From: an uncultured Pseudomonadota bacterium
GTDB taxonomy: Bacteria > Myxococcota_A > Polyangia > Fen-1088
DNA length: 64,000 bases
Assembly (NCBI GenBank): GCA_963847705.1
Contig: CAWKBC010000040.1
Span: 64,001-128,000, forward strand
Direction of reading: 5' to 3'
Part shown: positions 7,546-16,893 of the stretch, one piece after another
Numbering within the stretch: position 1 is the first letter of the stretch
Layout of the letters: the number at the start of each line of letters is the position of its first letter
The notes under the pieces: generated by a model
The model's input: only the letters and a program-made list of their open reading frames with translations
Database searches by the model: none
Told to the model about the DNA's origin: nothing
Translations under genes and position numbers: made by a program

Positions 7546-9144
7546 CTACGCCGACGGGCTTTCGCAACCGCCGTCGGGTCCCGTCGGCAGCTGAAGCGCA
7601 CACTCGATCGTCTCGCTGAGGGATTCGGCCTGCATGTCAGCCGGGCTATTGGTGATGCTGAGCTGCAGGCCCGCGCAGTTCATGTTCCCCGGCGTCAGCG
7701 ACCAGCAGGGGGGGGCGTTGCCATTCTCGGCGCAGTGCTGGAGAGCGACGTCCGTCCTGTTGCCCTGCGAGTCGACGATGTGTTCGATGACCGAGCACAT
7801 CGGATTCCCTTGCGAGTCGTTCTGAATGTTGCCCGTGATGCAAGGAGGCGTGATGAGTGTGGCTAGCTTGGTGGCGATGTTGGTCATCGACGCCGCGTAG
7901 TCGGGATCGCAGATCGACGCCGTCACGCTGTTGGGGAAAGCTTCCAGGAACTGGGCCAAGCGGATGCCCGGATCGCCGAAGCTCCCGTCCGTGGTGAACT
8001 CGCTGGCGTTTGGGCTGACCTTGTCGCCCCCTTGGGCGCCGCAGGAGTGCATTGCATCGGGCCAGAGCTCGCCCGGCGCCAGGTCCTGTCCATCCGTCGG
8101 GGGGTACCATCCGATCTCGACGGGTGTGACGGGAGCAATGATGCCCGAGACCAGAATCTGATTGTCAGGATCGGGCTTGAGGGCCCTGATGTCGCTGACG
8201 AGCTTGCTCACAGGAATGAAGGCGCTCGAGCCGCTGTCGTTATCCTTGCAGTTCACAAGATTGAGGGTGGGAGCGGCCGCTGTCCCTTGTGCGTCCGCAG
8301 GGACGAGGAGGGGCGGCGTCTCGAACGCCGTCGGGTTCCCGCTTGCGGGATCCTGACAAAGGTGTGGGCTGCGAGGACCACCGGTCCGGCGGTAATCAGC
8401 GAGAGGTCCATCCGGGTTCGTGATGTTCTGCGGATAGCCGTTGAGCGAAAAGATCGTGGTTTTCTCGGGCGCCGAGGCGTCGTCCTCGTTCGTGAGCATG
8501 ACGATGTCGAGATACGCCTCCGGCCGAAGAAAGGCGCCGGTCGCCGCCGGCGGCGGCGACTTTCCGTCGGCGCCGAGCGCCCGATCAATCGACGCGAGCT
8601 GATGCCCGAAGCCGCACCCTGAAGTGCCAAGGAGAGCGATGCACTGGAAGACGGTGGCGATCGGGTCGGTGAAGTTCGCCACGCCGTCGGCTTCGGCGAT
8701 GTAGGTGCTGCCCGCCATGAGCGTCGTTTCCGTACACATTCCCTCTGGCGCGTAGTGAAATGCACCGTCGTCACCCAGCTCCGTGCATCCGATGCTGGCG
8801 TCGCTATGAGCGCCCATATCGGAGGAGACCACGGCGACGTGCAGGCTCGGGGGCCCCATCGGCATGTTCTCAAGCACCTGCATAAACGTCGGGAGTTGCG
8901 CGAGCAGCTTCTGCTGCATCGACGCCATCGACGGTGAGTCGTCGATCATGAACAAGAGATCCATCTCGTTGTTGATTTTCTGCGTGAAGTTTGTCTGGAG
9001 GGTCGCCGTCGCACACGCCTTGGGCTGCGGCTGGAGGGGGGCGCTGCACGCCCAGAGGCCCGGCACCCCGGCTGCCAACGCCGCCCAACGAAGCCCGCGC
9101 CAGCTGCGCAGACGATGCGAATCGGCACGCGAGCGAGTGCTCAT
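7546..9144 (-). CDS. Cys-rich vWA-like lipoprotein
   Basis: Lipobox-like GLWAC; MIDAS-like DLLFMIDDSPSM; LTNEDD; many Cys. Confidence 0.8.
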   Translation of the reverse strand: MSTRSRADSHRLRSWRGLRWAALAAGVPGLWACSAPLQPQPKACATATLQTNFTQKINNEMDLLFMIDDSPSMASMQQKLLAQLPTFMQVLENMPMGPPSLHVAVVSSDMGAHSDASIGCTELGDDGAFHYAPEGMCTETTLMAGSTYIAEADGVANFTDPIATVFQCIALLGTSGCGFGHQLASIDRALGADGKSPPPAATGAFLRPEAYLDIVMLTNEDDASAPEKTTIFSLNGYPQNITNPDGPLADYRRTGGPRSPHLCQDPASGNPTAFETPPLLVPADAQGTAAAPTLNLVNCKDNDSGSSAFIPVSKLVSDIRALKPDPDNQILVSGIIAPVTPVEIGWYPPTDGQDLAPGELWPDAMHSCGAQGGDKVSPNASEFTTDGSFGDPGIRLAQFLEAFPNSVTASICDPDYAASMTNIATKLATLITPPCITGNIQNDSQGNPMCSVIEHIVDSQGNRTDVALQHCAENGNAPPCWSLTPGNMNCAGLQLSITNSPADMQAESLSETIECALQLPTGPDGGCESPSA

Positions 9145-9158
9145 GCCGAACACCCGGA

Positions 9159-9173
9159 GCAATCTTCGCGCCA
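9159..9173 (-). promoter_or_regulatory. Candidate sigma-54 promoter for the vWA lipoprotein gene
   Basis: Minus strand TGGCGC-GAAGA-TTGC matches TGGCAC-N5-TTGC; implies a very short leader before ATG 9144. Confidence 0.5.
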
Positions 9174-9514
9174 CGGCAAAGGGCACGGAGCGGGCCGCGT
9201 CGGGAACGGTCGTGACCAACCGAGTTGGCGCCAGCGCCAACGGACACTGTGCCCGCCGCGACAGGACGTCCCAATAACCTGGGGGATCTGGTTCGACGTG
9301 CGAGGCCAGGATGTCCGGAAGTTCGGTAAGAGGGCGGGTGCTTCGGCGTTTCTCGGCCTTGATCGTCTGCGTCCCGGCAGGGCCCGCAGCGCCAGGGGAA
9401 ACACGGGGAGGGTGTTGACGTAGGGCCCCAGTATCAGACCAAAGCCTGCTTGTTCTACCTATCCTCACTGGAGCCTTCCAAGGACTCCCTGGCCGCCGGT
9501 ACAATCCGAGAGCT

Positions 9515-10897
9515 ATGCGATCCTCCACGGCGATTGCGGGCGCGATGTGGCTCGCGGCTGCGGCGGGGTGCGGTCGCAACCTCGGCGGTGCCGCCAGGAC
9601 GGACGGTGCGCCGGGCTGGACCAGCGCGGACGCCTGGACGGAGGCCGCGGGCTCGTTCGACGGCAGTCGAGCGGGCGACGTGCACGGATTTGTGGATCGG
9701 CCGTCGGATGAAGGCGCGACCGGTGCCGATGCAGCGGTCGACAGCGGCGTGGACACGAAAGGAGGGGCCGACGGCGCGGCGAGCGACGCGGAGCCGCCTC
9801 GTTGTGTATCGAGCGGCGGCCTCTGGTTCTCGCCGCCACAAGCGTTGCCCGTTGTCGGGGGGAACCGCGGATTCCGGATGGCCGCCGGCGTCGATCGGCA
9901 GCTCGCGGTGGCGGCGGACTCGGCGGGTGGCCCCGGCGTCTTCTATGTCGACTCGTTGGACGGCGGCCGGACGTTCCGCCCGGCCATGCAGCTCGGCAAC
10001 TTCGGGCCCGACAACGTGCAGATCGCGCTCGGTCCCAATCACGTGTACCTCACGTCCGCGTTGTTCACGCTCTCCGCCTCGACGGTCCTATGGGACGGAC
10101 AGCTCGATTCGCTAATCGATCCATCGAGCTTCGAGGTCATCCAGTTCGGCCCCGAGGGGACGTACATGGGGACGCCGGTGACCGCAGGCGACGGGCGCGT
10201 CGCGCTGCTGCTGCAGAACGGAACGGTGGACACCGCCCCCACTGAGGGCGAATACATCTCCACCGCCTCGAGCGACGCTTCGTTTGGCGATCCGCACCTG
10301 CTCTTCTGGCCAGCCGTGTGCGCCGGGGGCATCTACCACTCGAACGGAAGCTTGTTCATCGCGTATGTGCTCCAGGACGTCAGCGGCAACTCCTTTATGG
10401 AGATGCGCTGGTCGTCCGACAATGGGGCGACGTTCTCCGATCCGGTCTCTGGGGGCGCGTCGGCAGGCCAGATCGGGTGTCCGAAGCTCTACGAACTGCC
10501 GAGCGGCCAGCTGCTGGCAATCACCAGTGTGGGATCCGCGCTCAACTCACCGGCACGGACCATCGCTAGGCCGTTTGACGTGTCGGCGAACCAGTTCGGC
10601 GCCACGGTCATCGTCGAGGAAGGCAAGGTGCTCTGCTTCGATGCCGCCCGCACGGCGAGCGGCCGACAATTCGTCACCAGCACCTTCGGCGATCCGGGCA
10701 TGCCCCCGACGGGCGTCGACCTGCGCTACTCGGATGACGGCGGTCTTACGTGGAGCGGCCCGCTCGCCATCCCGGGGATATCCCCGAGGGACGAGTGCCC
10801 TGTTCTCGCGGCGTCCGCCGACGAACTCTACATCCTTCGGTGGGATGCTGCCCAACTGGTTCTCAGCCGGGCCGGCGCCAGCTCCGTCTGCGAGTGA
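9515..10897 (+). CDS. BNR/Asp-box (sialidase-like propeller) lipoprotein
   Basis: Lipobox AAAGC; Asp-boxes SLDGGRTF, SSDNGATFS, SDDGGLTWS. Confidence 0.8.
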   Translation: MRSSTAIAGAMWLAAAAGCGRNLGGAARTDGAPGWTSADAWTEAAGSFDGSRAGDVHGFVDRPSDEGATGADAAVDSGVDTKGGADGAASDAEPPRCVSSGGLWFSPPQALPVVGGNRGFRMAAGVDRQLAVAADSAGGPGVFYVDSLDGGRTFRPAMQLGNFGPDNVQIALGPNHVYLTSALFTLSASTVLWDGQLDSLIDPSSFEVIQFGPEGTYMGTPVTAGDGRVALLLQNGTVDTAPTEGEYISTASSDASFGDPHLLFWPAVCAGGIYHSNGSLFIAYVLQDVSGNSFMEMRWSSDNGATFSDPVSGGASAGQIGCPKLYELPSGQLLAITSVGSALNSPARTIARPFDVSANQFGATVIVEEGKVLCFDAARTASGRQFVTSTFGDPGMPPTGVDLRYSDDGGLTWSGPLAIPGISPRDECPVLAASADELYILRWDAAQLVLSRAGASSVCE

Positions 10898-11015
10898 ATG
10901 GGCGGGCCGCGCTGCGAGCCCGCCAAGCGGTGGCGAGGAAAGGACAGGTGCAGGGATTTCTGCTCCCCGGGCATGCAGCTCGCAGACGATCCCACCGATC
11001 CCAGAAGACGCCGCC

Positions 11016-11038
11016 ATCCCCCACTTGATCCCCCACTC
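11016..11038 (+). repeat. Candidate integrase arm-type site (ATCCCCCAC x2), right end
   Basis: ATCCCCCACTTGATCCCCCACTC, ~95 bp inside the right core; same orientation as 1619-1643. Confidence 0.7.
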
Positions 11039-11131
11039 GGTCGTGGCGGAGCGTGGCGCTCCGTGACCCCGTGTGACGTTAAGTGCCCGCCACGACACGA
11101 GTTGGGTTGATGCCCTACCGGGCCTTTTCCG

Positions 11132-11185
11132 ATTCAGGTTCTGGTGATCGTAAGATTGTGGGAGTTCGACTCTCCCCGCCCGCAC
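11132..11185 (+). repeat. attR core: 3' half of tRNA-Leu(CAG)
   Basis: ATTCAGGTTCTGGTGATCGTAAGATTGTGGGAGTTCGACTCTCCCCGCCCGCAC; no 5' half upstream. Confidence 0.9.
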
Positions 11186-12100
11186 AATTCTAACGGACAC
11201 CCTCCTCGGGAACCGGTTCCTTCCGAGAATAGACGTGCGGGGCCTTCCCGCTTCGCCGCGAGTCTGATCCGTGCTGAACGATGCGCGACTCGCGACAGCC
11301 GTGACGACGGCTGCCGCTCGAACGCATCGACCACGCTCGTCGCGGGATGGGTGGTTGTTATGGCTTGCCGTCGTCGGGGCGACAGCGCTCTCCCTGCGGA
11401 TAGTCCGGATGGTAGTGGTGCGGTTTCGGACGCGACACGCAACGCAGACATTGCGCCCGCTCGCCTTCCCTCTCAGTTCCCGGTAAGCGCTCGCACTGCG
11501 CGGGAGTACGGGACTCGTGGCCGTTGGAGTGGGCGAACGAGCGCGACCGGCCGGCCAACGCGCCGGAGAACATGGCCACGACGAGTGCCCATTTCAGAAC
11601 AGGACTCTTGCTTCCGTTCATAGCGAACCTCCCTGCGGCGATGGAGCGCCACGATCAAGGGGCGCTTCCAGGTCGGGAAACATTTGACTTGATGACTTCC
11701 GGCATCGACGGCAGCGGGCTCCACTTGAGCGGCGGCCCTTGGACCGTGACCGCGATCGCCATCGGGACACACGACAGCTCGGTGAGAACGCGAGGGCTCA
11801 GCCGGACCCGCACAGTCGGTGAAGGCGGCCGTGCAGATACGGAGGCGCGCATCCCGAAGGCCAAGATCGTCCCTCGGCCCGCCTCGCACATCACTCGACC
11901 TTTAGCGCGGCCGATCGGCGCGCGCGGACAGCGCCCGAGGCTGCGCTGTGCGGCGCTCATCACGCCGCGCTAATCTCCGCAGATCTCGAAAGTTCGAGCG
12001 GATGGCGCGGCGCATTGTCTGCGGTTTGATGACCGCCGGCCTTCTCGGGGCACCAATCAAGAGCAGAAGTAGGTACGCCCCCTTGCTGGTTAGGAGTCCT

Positions 12101-12889
12101 GTGCGCCGCATCGTCTGGTTCGCAAGCTCACTCGTGATCCTCTCCTGCTCGCTCGACACTAGGAACCTCAATGGAGGCGGAGGGACCGGCGGCGCCGTCG
12201 GCACCGGCGGAACCATCTCGACAGGTGGCCAGCGCGGCGATGGCGGCAGTGCCACCGGCGGCCAGGTCGGCGGCGGCGGCAGCGCGACGGGCGGCCAGAT
12301 CAGCGCTGGGGGTGAAACCGGCGGTCAGACAGCGACAGGCGGCAGCGCCACCGGCGGGCAGATCGGCACCGGCGGCCAGATCGGCGCCGGAGGTGAAACC
12401 GGCGGCCAGACAGGGACAGGCGGCAGCACCACCGGCGGGCAGATCGGCACCGGCGGAAGTGCCACCGGCGGCCAGATCGGGACGGGCGGCGACACGGGTA
12501 CGGGGGGCAGCTCCACTGGCGGTCAGACCGGAATCGGCGGCAACAAAGGAACCGGCGGCGAGAGCTGCCAGCAGCTCGGTATGGATTACGTCAACGCACT
12601 TCCGGCGGCGAAGGACTGCACCTACGGCGTGACGGGCCAATGCCAGCAGTTGGTCGGGAGCTCGCTGACCTGCGGCTGCGAAGTGTATGTCAATGACACC
12701 ACCACGCTCAACGCGATCAAGGCGCAGTACATGAGCCAGGGATGCGGGGGCCCTATCTGCAACATCGCCTGCGTGGCCGCACCGGCGAGTTGCACGCTCC
12801 CCGCCGCGACGCCACGGAGCCCGGGACCCGGAGGCGCTGGCGCCGGGGGCGGGACGGCGGCCGTGCTCGGAACCTGCACCTCCAACTGA
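12101..12889 (+). CDS. Lipoprotein with Gly-rich repeats and a Cys-rich C-terminal domain
   Basis: AGGAG then GTG; lipobox-like VILSC; tandem GGSATGGQIG(T/A)GG repeats. Confidence 0.8.
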   Translation: MRRIVWFASSLVILSCSLDTRNLNGGGGTGGAVGTGGTISTGGQRGDGGSATGGQVGGGGSATGGQISAGGETGGQTATGGSATGGQIGTGGQIGAGGETGGQTGTGGSTTGGQIGTGGSATGGQIGTGGDTGTGGSSTGGQTGIGGNKGTGGESCQQLGMDYVNALPAAKDCTYGVTGQCQQLVGSSLTCGCEVYVNDTTTLNAIKAQYMSQGCGGPICNIACVAAPASCTLPAATPRSPGPGGAGAGGGTAAVLGTCTSN

Positions 12890-12984
12890 CGTCCCCGCCC
12901 GGCTGGCGGGCCGAAAGCTGGCTCTCCGGAGGCGACGACAGAAAGATCGCGGGCTCGTTCGATCGAGCGGCTTTCTGCCCGCCG

Positions 12985-13239
12985 CTAGGGTGGGCCGTAG
13001 AGATCGGCGGACCAGAGGCTGTCGTAGGGGACCTTGGCGGAGTGAAAGGCCTCGCGCACGGTCTCGGCGTCGGCCGCCACGAACTCGCAGAAACCGCGCT
13101 TGCGGTCCTTTGAAAGGTAGGTGCGCAGGCGTCGGACCCCTCGCATCTCGAGGCAGGGGTTGAGCGCCGCGCTCGACGAGTTGAGCGCCTCGTCCGTCAG
13201 CGGCGGGTTGTAGACGTAGTTGACGATGATGTACGACAT
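12985..13239 (-). CDS. DUF4242-like small protein
   Basis: GVRRLRTYLSKDRKRGFCEFVAADAETVREA pattern; GGAG Shine-Dalgarno. Confidence 0.75.
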   Translation of the reverse strand: MSYIIVNYVYNPPLTDEALNSSSAALNPCLEMRGVRRLRTYLSKDRKRGFCEFVAADAETVREAFHSAKVPYDSLWSADLYGPP

Positions 13240-13258
13240 GGCATCTCCTTTTCGTGGG

Positions 13259-16200
13259 TCATGAGGGTGGGGCAGAGCGGCGCGCGCGCCCGGTCAGGGC
13301 GCGCCGACCCGAACCGGATCCAGCGCCGAGCGCATCGGCCAGCTCGTCGACAGCCTTCGTCGCGCGCGCCGACAGCCGCAAGGGCGTGGCGCGATCTGCG
13401 TGGGTGGCTTCGAGCTCGGCCTCGGCAGCGGCTCGATCGCCGCGGGCCAGAGCCAGCCGACCGAGCGTCGCGCGCGCCAGCGCCGCTTCACTGCGGCGAT
13501 CCAACACGCCGGCTGCCGCCAGCGCGGCGGTCGCGCGCCGTTCGGCGTCGGCCGAGTTGCCGGCGGCCAGATCTTGCGCGGCCGCTGTGTTGAGCACGTA
13601 CGCGAGGGCGGCGTTCGCGTCCAGTGTGCGCAACTCGTCGATCGCGGTCGCCAGCGCCGCGTCGGCGGCGCGCTCCCCGAGGGCCCGGGCCGCCAGCGCA
13701 TCCAGCGCCGCAGCGACTGACGGTTCGCTTCCGCCGGTCATCTTGGCCGCGATCTCGCGCAGCGGGGCGCACAGCTGGCGCGCCGCCGCGGGATTCCCAT
13801 GCTCGAGCTCCAGCATCACCCGCTGCGCCATCGCCTGACAGCGCTCCCAGTGCGTCTCTTCGCGAGCGAACCCGTCGACCGCCTCGGCCAGCGCCTGCGC
13901 CGCGGTCGCGCGATCCCCGATGTAACGGTTGATGAGCCCCACCGCCCAGGCCACGTTCACGACCCGCGCGGCGTCGGCCCCCAGCAGCGCGCACGCCTCG
14001 CCGATGAGCGCCTGCGCCCGCGGCACCTCCCGCTCCAGCAGCAGGAAGCAGCGGGCGGAATCGGCCAGCTGCCGCCCGCGCACATCGGGACCGGTGCCGC
14101 CGACCTCTTCGATCGCGCGCAAGGAGGCCTCTCGGGCGCCTTCGAAGTTCTGGTCGGTGAAATTCAGGATGGAGCGTGCGTGGAACCCGCGGGCCGCCTC
14201 GCTGTGCAAGCCGACCTCTTGCGCCTCGACGATCGCGCGCGCGAGGCTGGCTTCCAGATCGGTGACCCGGCGCCATCCCGCCTGCCCGGTCTGGACCAGC
14301 ACGGTGTAAAGCTCGATCTGGAGTCGGACGCGCGTCAGGCGCTCCACGCGCGCGAGGTGCGCCAGGCCGCGCGTCGCCAGTTCGGCCGCTTCGGCCGGCG
14401 CGAAGAGCCGCAGGCTGCGCCGGGCGGCCGCCGCCGACGCCTCGGCCGCCAGCGTCGCGTCGCCGCCGATCGCGGCGTGGTGCGCGATCTCGCCGGCGCG
14501 CGTGTCGTCGCCGGCCCGGGACCGGTCGAGAGCGCGGGCGATCTGCATGTGGACGAGCCGGCGGCGGGGCTCGGACAGCCGCCGGTAAGCTGCCTGGCGG
14601 ATCAGATCGTGGGCGAAGTCGTAGCCGGTCGCTCCCGGGCGGACCACGCCGCGCGCCTCCAGGTGCTCGAGCGCGCGCAGCAGATCGGTCGAGGAGAGCC
14701 CGGTCACTGCCCCGAGCACCTCGGGGGCGAATGATCGCCCGAGCGCCGCCGCCCACGGCAAGAGATCCCGCGCGGCCGGATCGAGGCGCCCGAGCCGCTC
14801 GTCGAGCAGAGCCTCCAGCGATCCGTCGAGCCCGGGCGATCCGGCGGCGGCGGCGCGCGCCAGCTCGAGCGCATAGAGCGGATTCCCCTCGCTCGCCGTG
14901 AACACCTCCGCCACGTCGACGGCGGCGTCCACGGTGCGCACCAGCGCCGCTGTCTCGGCCGGTCCGAGCGGTTCGAGCCGATGCTGGGCCAGGCGGCGCT
15001 CGCGGCCGAGCGTGCGCACCACCCGCAGCGCGGCCGGATTGTCGCCGAGCTCGCCGGGCCGTGCCGCGCAGGCCAGCAGCACCCGTCCGCCCAGCGGCGC
15101 GCGCCCGATGAAGTGGAGCAGCGCCGCCGAGGCTTCGTCGAGCCATTGCACGTCGTCGAGCAGGATGGCCACCGGTCCAGCAGCCGCCAGCGCCCGCAGC
15201 GAATCGGCGACCGTCTCGAACAGCCGCGTCCGATCCGCGGCGGCGTCCCCCGCCAGCCACCCAGCGGGCAGCGCGTCCAGCCAGGGCCCGTACGGGCGGA
15301 TCATTTCGGCCTCGAACGCGCGCCCGCGCAGCACGGTTCCCGAGCTGGTCTCGACCTCGTCGGCGACGAGGTCCATGAGCCGCGTCTTGCCGATCCCTGC
15401 ATCGCCCACGAAAAGCAGCACCGGTGTCGCGCCGCCTCTCCCGGCGACGAGGTCCGCGACCGCCTGCTCGATCGCCCCGCGCACGACGTCGCGGCCCACC
15501 AGAGGCAGCGCCTCGCGCACGATCGCCGCGGGAATCGCGTCCTGCGCGACCGCCGCGGAGGTCGGTAGGATCGTGGGCGAAGGAGCGGCGGGCGTCCCGG
15601 CCGGGGCCGGTGTCCCGCGCGTGGCCTCGCCCGCTGTCTCGGGCGCGCCGCCCCGCGCGCCCAGCTCGCGCCGCGCTTGCTCGAGCGCCGTCGAGATCCG
15701 CGAGCCGAGCTCCGTCTCGACGATCCGGCGGCAGGTCTCGTATTGGGAGAGTGCCTCGCGGGTGCGTCCGAGTCTCCCGAGGATGCGGACCACATCGACG
15801 TGGGCCGCTTCGGTCAGCGGATCGACCGCCACCCGATCCCGCGCGTACCGCAGCGCCGTCTCCCAATCGCCGTCGGCGCCGGCGCGCGCCACCAACTCGG
15901 TGAGCGCCGCTGTCCGCAGCCCGCGCAGGGTCTCGCGTTCGCCCACGCACCATTGGTGATACCGGTAGCAGCCTGGCAGCTCGAGCCCCTCCAGGAACTC
16001 GCCGCGGTAGAGCGCCACCGCCTCGCGCAGGGTGTCGGTCGTGGCCCCGCCGACGCCGGCGGCGAGCAGCCCCCGCCCGAGCTCGACGTCGATCCGTGTG
16101 TCGCCGGCGCCCACGAACCCGACGCGCTCGCGATCGGCGACCAGCGCAGCACCGGCGTACCCGAGCAGCGGGCGGAGCTTGGTCAAGCTCCAGCGCAGCG

Positions 16201-16405
16201 CCGCCCGCGGATCATCCGGACCGTCCCACAGGAGCGCGCACAGCCGTTCGCGCAAGTGCGAGCGGTTGTTGGTCGCAGCCAGATACGCCAGCAGCGCGCG
16301 CGTCTTTTTCGACGCGGGGAGCGGTTGCGGATGTCCGTCGTGCCAGACCTCCAGCTCGCCGAGCAACCTCACTTCGACCGCCGCCGATGACCCCTTCCGG
16401 CTCAC
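13259..16405 (-). CDS. SARP/BTAD + AAA ATPase + TPR-like transcriptional regulator
   Basis: VRLLGEL..ALLAYL wHTH, LYRGEFLEG/DPLTEAAH BTAD, Walker A GDAGIGKT, LDDVQWLD, GNPLY, FAHDLIR. Confidence 0.9.
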   Translation of the reverse strand: MSRKGSSAAVEVRLLGELEVWHDGHPQPLPASKKTRALLAYLAATNNRSHLRERLCALLWDGPDDPRAALRWSLTKLRPLLGYAGAALVADRERVGFVGAGDTRIDVELGRGLLAAGVGGATTDTLREAVALYRGEFLEGLELPGCYRYHQWCVGERETLRGLRTAALTELVARAGADGDWETALRYARDRVAVDPLTEAAHVDVVRILGRLGRTREALSQYETCRRIVETELGSRISTALEQARRELGARGGAPETAGEATRGTPAPAGTPAAPSPTILPTSAAVAQDAIPAAIVREALPLVGRDVVRGAIEQAVADLVAGRGGATPVLLFVGDAGIGKTRLMDLVADEVETSSGTVLRGRAFEAEMIRPYGPWLDALPAGWLAGDAAADRTRLFETVADSLRALAAAGPVAILLDDVQWLDEASAALLHFIGRAPLGGRVLLACAARPGELGDNPAALRVVRTLGRERRLAQHRLEPLGPAETAALVRTVDAAVDVAEVFTASEGNPLYALELARAAAAGSPGLDGSLEALLDERLGRLDPAARDLLPWAAALGRSFAPEVLGAVTGLSSTDLLRALEHLEARGVVRPGATGYDFAHDLIRQAAYRRLSEPRRRLVHMQIARALDRSRAGDDTRAGEIAHHAAIGGDATLAAEASAAAARRSLRLFAPAEAAELATRGLAHLARVERLTRVRLQIELYTVLVQTGQAGWRRVTDLEASLARAIVEAQEVGLHSEAARGFHARSILNFTDQNFEGAREASLRAIEEVGGTGPDVRGRQLADSARCFLLLEREVPRAQALIGEACALLGADAARVVNVAWAVGLINRYIGDRATAAQALAEAVDGFAREETHWERCQAMAQRVMLELEHGNPAAARQLCAPLREIAAKMTGGSEPSVAAALDALAARALGERAADAALATAIDELRTLDANAALAYVLNTAAAQDLAAGNSADAERRATAALAAAGVLDRRSEAALARATLGRLALARGDRAAAEAELEATHADRATPLRLSARATKAVDELADALGAGSGSGRRALTGRARRSAPPS

Positions 16406-16439
16406 GTTTCCCCCCGAGCGGTGACTATCCCACGAATTT

Positions 16440-16469
16440 CAACGCTGGTCCCAACGCAGGCTCCAACGC
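16440..16469. promoter_or_regulatory. Three CAACGC direct repeats at 12-bp period in a divergent promoter
   Basis: CAACGC at 16440, 16452 and 16464. Confidence 0.6.
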
Positions 16470-16544
16470 CCAGGTCGCAGTTTGGGTTTGCAAGTCGGAG
16501 GGCATTTCGCCCTTCGCCAACAGACCCGAAACAGGAGAACGACC

Positions 16545-16856
16545 ATGCGCAACCTCATCAAGAACGTCACGGCTCTCGCCTTCCTCTCGATCCCCGCCCT
16601 CGTCCCCGCGTTCACGACCGTCGCGCGTGCCGAGGTCGAGGCGGCCCAGCCGGCCGCCGTGAAACCCGACCTCGCGCGGGTCAAGCAGCACCTCGTCGCG
16701 CACCAGACCTACCCGGCCACGCGCGCCGAGCTGCTCGCGTCGTGCCACAACCTGATGGAGTTCTCGGCCGGCGAAAAGCGCTGGTTCGCGGATTGGCTGC
16801 CCGACGGAACGTACAGGTCGGCGGACGAGGTCATGAAGACCATCTCCCGTAACTAA
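16545..16856 (+). CDS. Small exported protein (DUF2795-like pattern)
   Basis: AGGAG Shine-Dalgarno; signal peptide ending ARA; YPATRAELL...LPDGTYRSADEV. Confidence 0.7.
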   Translation: MRNLIKNVTALAFLSIPALVPAFTTVARAEVEAAQPAAVKPDLARVKQHLVAHQTYPATRAELLASCHNLMEFSAGEKRWFADWLPDGTYRSADEVMKTISRN

Positions 16857-16893
16857 CCTCGACCAGGCACACAGAAAGAGAGCGAGGAGAGTC

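Larger units (their letters stand above)
1506..11185. mobile_element. Integrative element / genomic island (~9.6 kb) at tRNA-Leu(CAG)
   Basis: Bounded by 54-bp direct repeats; integrase abuts the left repeat; the same ATCCCCCAC tandem motif lies inside both ends. Confidence 0.85.

Noticed and set aside
11200-11973. ORFs 11144-11623 and 11524-11973 as a frameshifted lipoprotein gene
   Set aside because: Weak codon bias and no motif; cannot be supported
12170-12560. Tandem DNA repeats as a CRISPR-like or non-coding array
   Set aside because: They are in-frame Gly/Thr linker repeats with no unique spacers; the same applies to 48480-48740
13488-15953. 821-aa alternative-frame ORF inside the SARP gene
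   Set aside because: Arg/Gly/Ala-rich shadow frame typical of high-GC DNA
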